Shown: piece by piece, positions 48,331 through 50,971 of the stretch
Layout of the letters: each line of letters opens with the position of its first letter
How positions within the stretch are numbered: position 1 is the stretch's first letter
DNA from: Sulfurospirillum sp.
GTDB lineage: Bacteria > Campylobacterota > Campylobacteria > Campylobacterales > Sulfurospirillaceae
Length of the DNA: 50,971 bases
Direction of reading: 5' to 3'
Assembly: GCA_026987955.1 (NCBI GenBank)
Contig: JALSME010000013.1
Location: forward strand, 1 to 50,971
The notes under the pieces: model-generated
Told to the model about the DNA's origin: nothing
Database searches by the model: none
The model's input: the letters and a program-made list of their open reading frames with translations, nothing else
Program-made: the position numbers and the translations under genes

Positions 48331-49860
48331 ATGGATAACAGCCTACTAGTAGAGCTTTCAAGAGGACAATTTGCCTTGACAGCTCTTTATCACTGGCTTT
48401 TTGTTCCCCTAACACTTGGTCTTTCATTTATAATCGCCATAATGGAGACCATATATGTCAAAACAGGGAATGATGAGTGGAAGAAAATCACCAAGTTTTG
48501 GATGACACTTTTTGCAATCAACTTTGCAATAGGTCTTGCAACAGGAATCATCATGGAGTTCGAGTTTGGAACAAACTGGGCAAACTACTCTTGGATAGTT
48601 GGAGATATATTTGGAGCACCACTAGCAATAGAGGGACTTATGGCGTTCTTTATGGAGTCAACATTCTTTGCTATTATGTTTTTTGGGTGGAATAAAGTAT
48701 CAAAAAAGATGCACCTTGTTTCAACTTGGTTAGTTGCAGTTGGCTCAAACCTCTCTGCTCTTTGGATTCTCATAGCAAACGGTTGGATGCAAAACCCTAT
48801 TGGTATGAAATTCAATGTTGATAGTGCAAGATTTGAGATGGAAAACTTTTTCGATGTAGTTTTTAACCCGGTTGCAGTGTCTAAATTTTTGCACACCATT
48901 AGTAGTGGTTATGTTATGGGCTCACTCTTTGTAGTTGGTATAAGCTCGTGGTATTTGTTAAAAAAACGAGATATACTGTTTGCAAAAAGAAGCATCATCG
49001 TTGCAGCATCTTTTGGTCTTTTAGCATCTATATTTTTAATAGCAACTGGAGATGAGTCAGCTTATCAAGTTGCCCAAAAACAACCAACAAAACTAGCTGC
49101 CATGGAGGGTCTTTATGATGGTGAAAAGAGAGCTGGTATTATTGCAATTGGTCAACTAAATCCTGATAAAAAAATTGGAGACAGTACAACCGATCCATTT
49201 ATATGGAAGATTGAGGTACCAAATGCACTATCTCTTTTGGGATATAGACAAATTGATGCATTTGTTCCAGGTATAAATGATTTGGTTTATGGAAATGAAA
49301 AGCTAAACATCATACCAGCAAAAGAAAAAATAGAAAAAGGTAAAATTGCCGTGCAGGCTTTAAGAGACTATAAAGATGCAAAAAAAGTCAATAATCAGGA
49401 GTTGGCAGATGCTTCACTAATAACATTTAGAGAACATGAAAAATATTTTGGCTATGGCTACTTAAAAAGACCGGAGCAAATCATACCTCCAGTTGCTATA
49501 ACATTTTATAGTTTTCATATCATGGTTGGGCTTGGAAGCTGGTTTTTATTTCTGTTTTTAATACTTCTTTACTTCTCAATGATAGGAAAAATTGAAGGCA
49601 AAACACTTGTCTTAAGAGCTGCTCTTTTTACGATACCGCTTGGCTATTTAGCACAGGAATGTGGCTGGATTGTAGCAGAAGTTGGAAGGCAACCATGGGC
49701 GATTCAAGATATGTTGCCAGTCGGTATGGCAACTTCTCAGCTCGATACAACTGCCGTGATTATCACAATGTCACTGTTTACCATAGTTTTTACCGCTCTT
49801 TTAATTGCTGAGATAAAGATTATGCTAACTCAAATTAAACTCGGATACAAGGAGCACTAA
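48331..49860 (+). CDS. cydA: cytochrome bd quinol oxidase subunit I
   Basis: HWLFVPLT, EFEFGTNW, QPTKLAAME, EVGRQPW. Confidence 0.98.
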   Translation: MDNSLLVELSRGQFALTALYHWLFVPLTLGLSFIIAIMETIYVKTGNDEWKKITKFWMTLFAINFAIGLATGIIMEFEFGTNWANYSWIVGDIFGAPLAIEGLMAFFMESTFFAIMFFGWNKVSKKMHLVSTWLVAVGSNLSALWILIANGWMQNPIGMKFNVDSARFEMENFFDVVFNPVAVSKFLHTISSGYVMGSLFVVGISSWYLLKKRDILFAKRSIIVAASFGLLASIFLIATGDESAYQVAQKQPTKLAAMEGLYDGEKRAGIIAIGQLNPDKKIGDSTTDPFIWKIEVPNALSLLGYRQIDAFVPGINDLVYGNEKLNIIPAKEKIEKGKIAVQALRDYKDAKKVNNQELADASLITFREHEKYFGYGYLKRPEQIIPPVAITFYSFHIMVGLGSWFLFLFLILLYFSMIGKIEGKTLVLRAALFTIPLGYLAQECGWIVAEVGRQPWAIQDMLPVGMATSQLDTTAVIITMSLFTIVFTALLIAEIKIMLTQIKLGYKEH

Positions 49861-50971
49861 ATGTTTGAAACTTTTTCACTACTCACTCTTCAGCAGTACT
49901 GGTGGTTTTTAGTCACAGTATTAGGTGCACTTTTTGTTTTTATGACATTCGTCCAAGGTGGTCAGACTTTGCTTTATAAGTTAACTTCAACTGAAGAGCA
50001 AAGAGATATGCTTGTCGCTTCGCTTGGAAGAAAATGGGAGCTTACATTTACAGCACTTGTCATGTTTGGTGGAGCTTTATTTGCTGCTTTTCCTCTTTTT
50101 TACTCTGTTAGTTTTGGTGGAGCATACTATGTCTGGATGGCAATTCTTTTTTGTTTCATTATCCAAGCAGTATCGTATGAATATAGAAAAAAACCAAATA
50201 ATTTCTTGGGAAAAAGAACTTATGAAACATTTTTATATATAAATGGGAGCTTAGGGATTATCCTTATAGGTATCGCTTTAGGAACGCTCTATAGCGGTGG
50301 GAATTTTATCAAAAATGATATGAATTTAGCTCACTGGACACTAGCAAGTAGAGGTCTAGAGGCTGTACTAAATCCTTTTAATGTAGCTTTTGGATTTACC
50401 ATATTTTTTCTTGCAAGAGTTCAAGCACAGCTATATTTTTTAAACAATATTGACAGTGATGCTATAGTAAACAAGATAAAAAAACAGCTAAAATTTGATG
50501 CACTACTCTTTGTAGGATTTTTTGTACTTTTTGTAGTTATGCTTCTTAGCATAAGTGGTCTTAGCTACAATGCAAATGGCTTCTTTGTAGAAGAGTTTAA
50601 GTTTTTAAAGAATTTTATAGCAAATCCAATTTTATTGATACTATTTTTAGTTGGAACACTGATGGTGCTATATGCTATATTTATATCTCTATTTAAAAAT
50701 AGCACTAAAGGAATCTGGTTAAGTGGTATTGGAACTGTTCTAGTAGTTGTTTGTACTCTATCTCTTTTGGGGTTCAATAACACAGCAATCTATCCATCAC
50801 TAAGCGATATTCAGAGCTCACTAAACATAGAAAATTCATCTGGTTCACGCTATACTCTTAGTGTTATGAGTTATGTTTCATTGCTTGTTCCTGTTGTTCT
50901 TGGATATATCATACTTGTATGGAAGTCTATGGATAAAGAAAAAATTACATCTGAAGAAGTACAATCAGATT
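49861..50971 (+). CDS. cydB: cytochrome bd oxidase subunit II (runs off the window end)
   Basis: MFETFSLLTLQQYWW...FVQGGQ...GRKWELTFT...FGGALFAAFP; directly after cydA. Confidence 0.93.
   Translation, partial: MFETFSLLTLQQYWWFLVTVLGALFVFMTFVQGGQTLLYKLTSTEEQRDMLVASLGRKWELTFTALVMFGGALFAAFPLFYSVSFGGAYYVWMAILFCFIIQAVSYEYRKKPNNFLGKRTYETFLYINGSLGIILIGIALGTLYSGGNFIKNDMNLAHWTLASRGLEAVLNPFNVAFGFTIFFLARVQAQLYFLNNIDSDAIVNKIKKQLKFDALLFVGFFVLFVVMLLSISGLSYNANGFFVEEFKFLKNFIANPILLILFLVGTLMVLYAIFISLFKNSTKGIWLSGIGTVLVVVCTLSLLGFNNTAIYPSLSDIQSSLNIENSSGSRYTLSVMSYVSLLVPVVLGYIILVWKSMDKEKITSEEVQSD

Overview
AT-rich chromosomal window from a Campylobacterota bacterium, most likely Sulfurospirillum-like (inferred from gene content and protein style; rpoB and rpoC are not fused, unlike Helicobacter/Wolinella). 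In order it holds: hemB-ribA-rsmG and cell-wall genes; a complete nuoEF-containing complex I split into two convergent arms around a Crp/Fnr gene; tRNA-Arg; the str operon; rpoBC, ribosomal protein genes, nusG, secE, tuf and five more tRNAs; yaaA; putA with a liv-type ABC transporter; an RHH gene plus an unknown gene; a BTLCP peptidase; and cydAB (cydB partial). Main unexplained signals: (1) a 14-bp palindrome, CTCTACATGTAGAG, with about 12 exact or near copies in genes and intergenic hairpins (HIP1- or uptake-sequence-like); (2) a 263-bp element with terminal inverted repeats, inserted exactly at a TAATG stop/start overlap, open as an ORF end to end and able to fold into two hairpins with complementary loops; (3) a NuoF with a remodelled adenosine pocket, suggesting a donor other than NADH; (4) a second 161-bp fold-back MITE upstream of livJ, and short NFT-containing linker ORFs inside operons. 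All calls are by eye and from recalled motifs; no searches were run.
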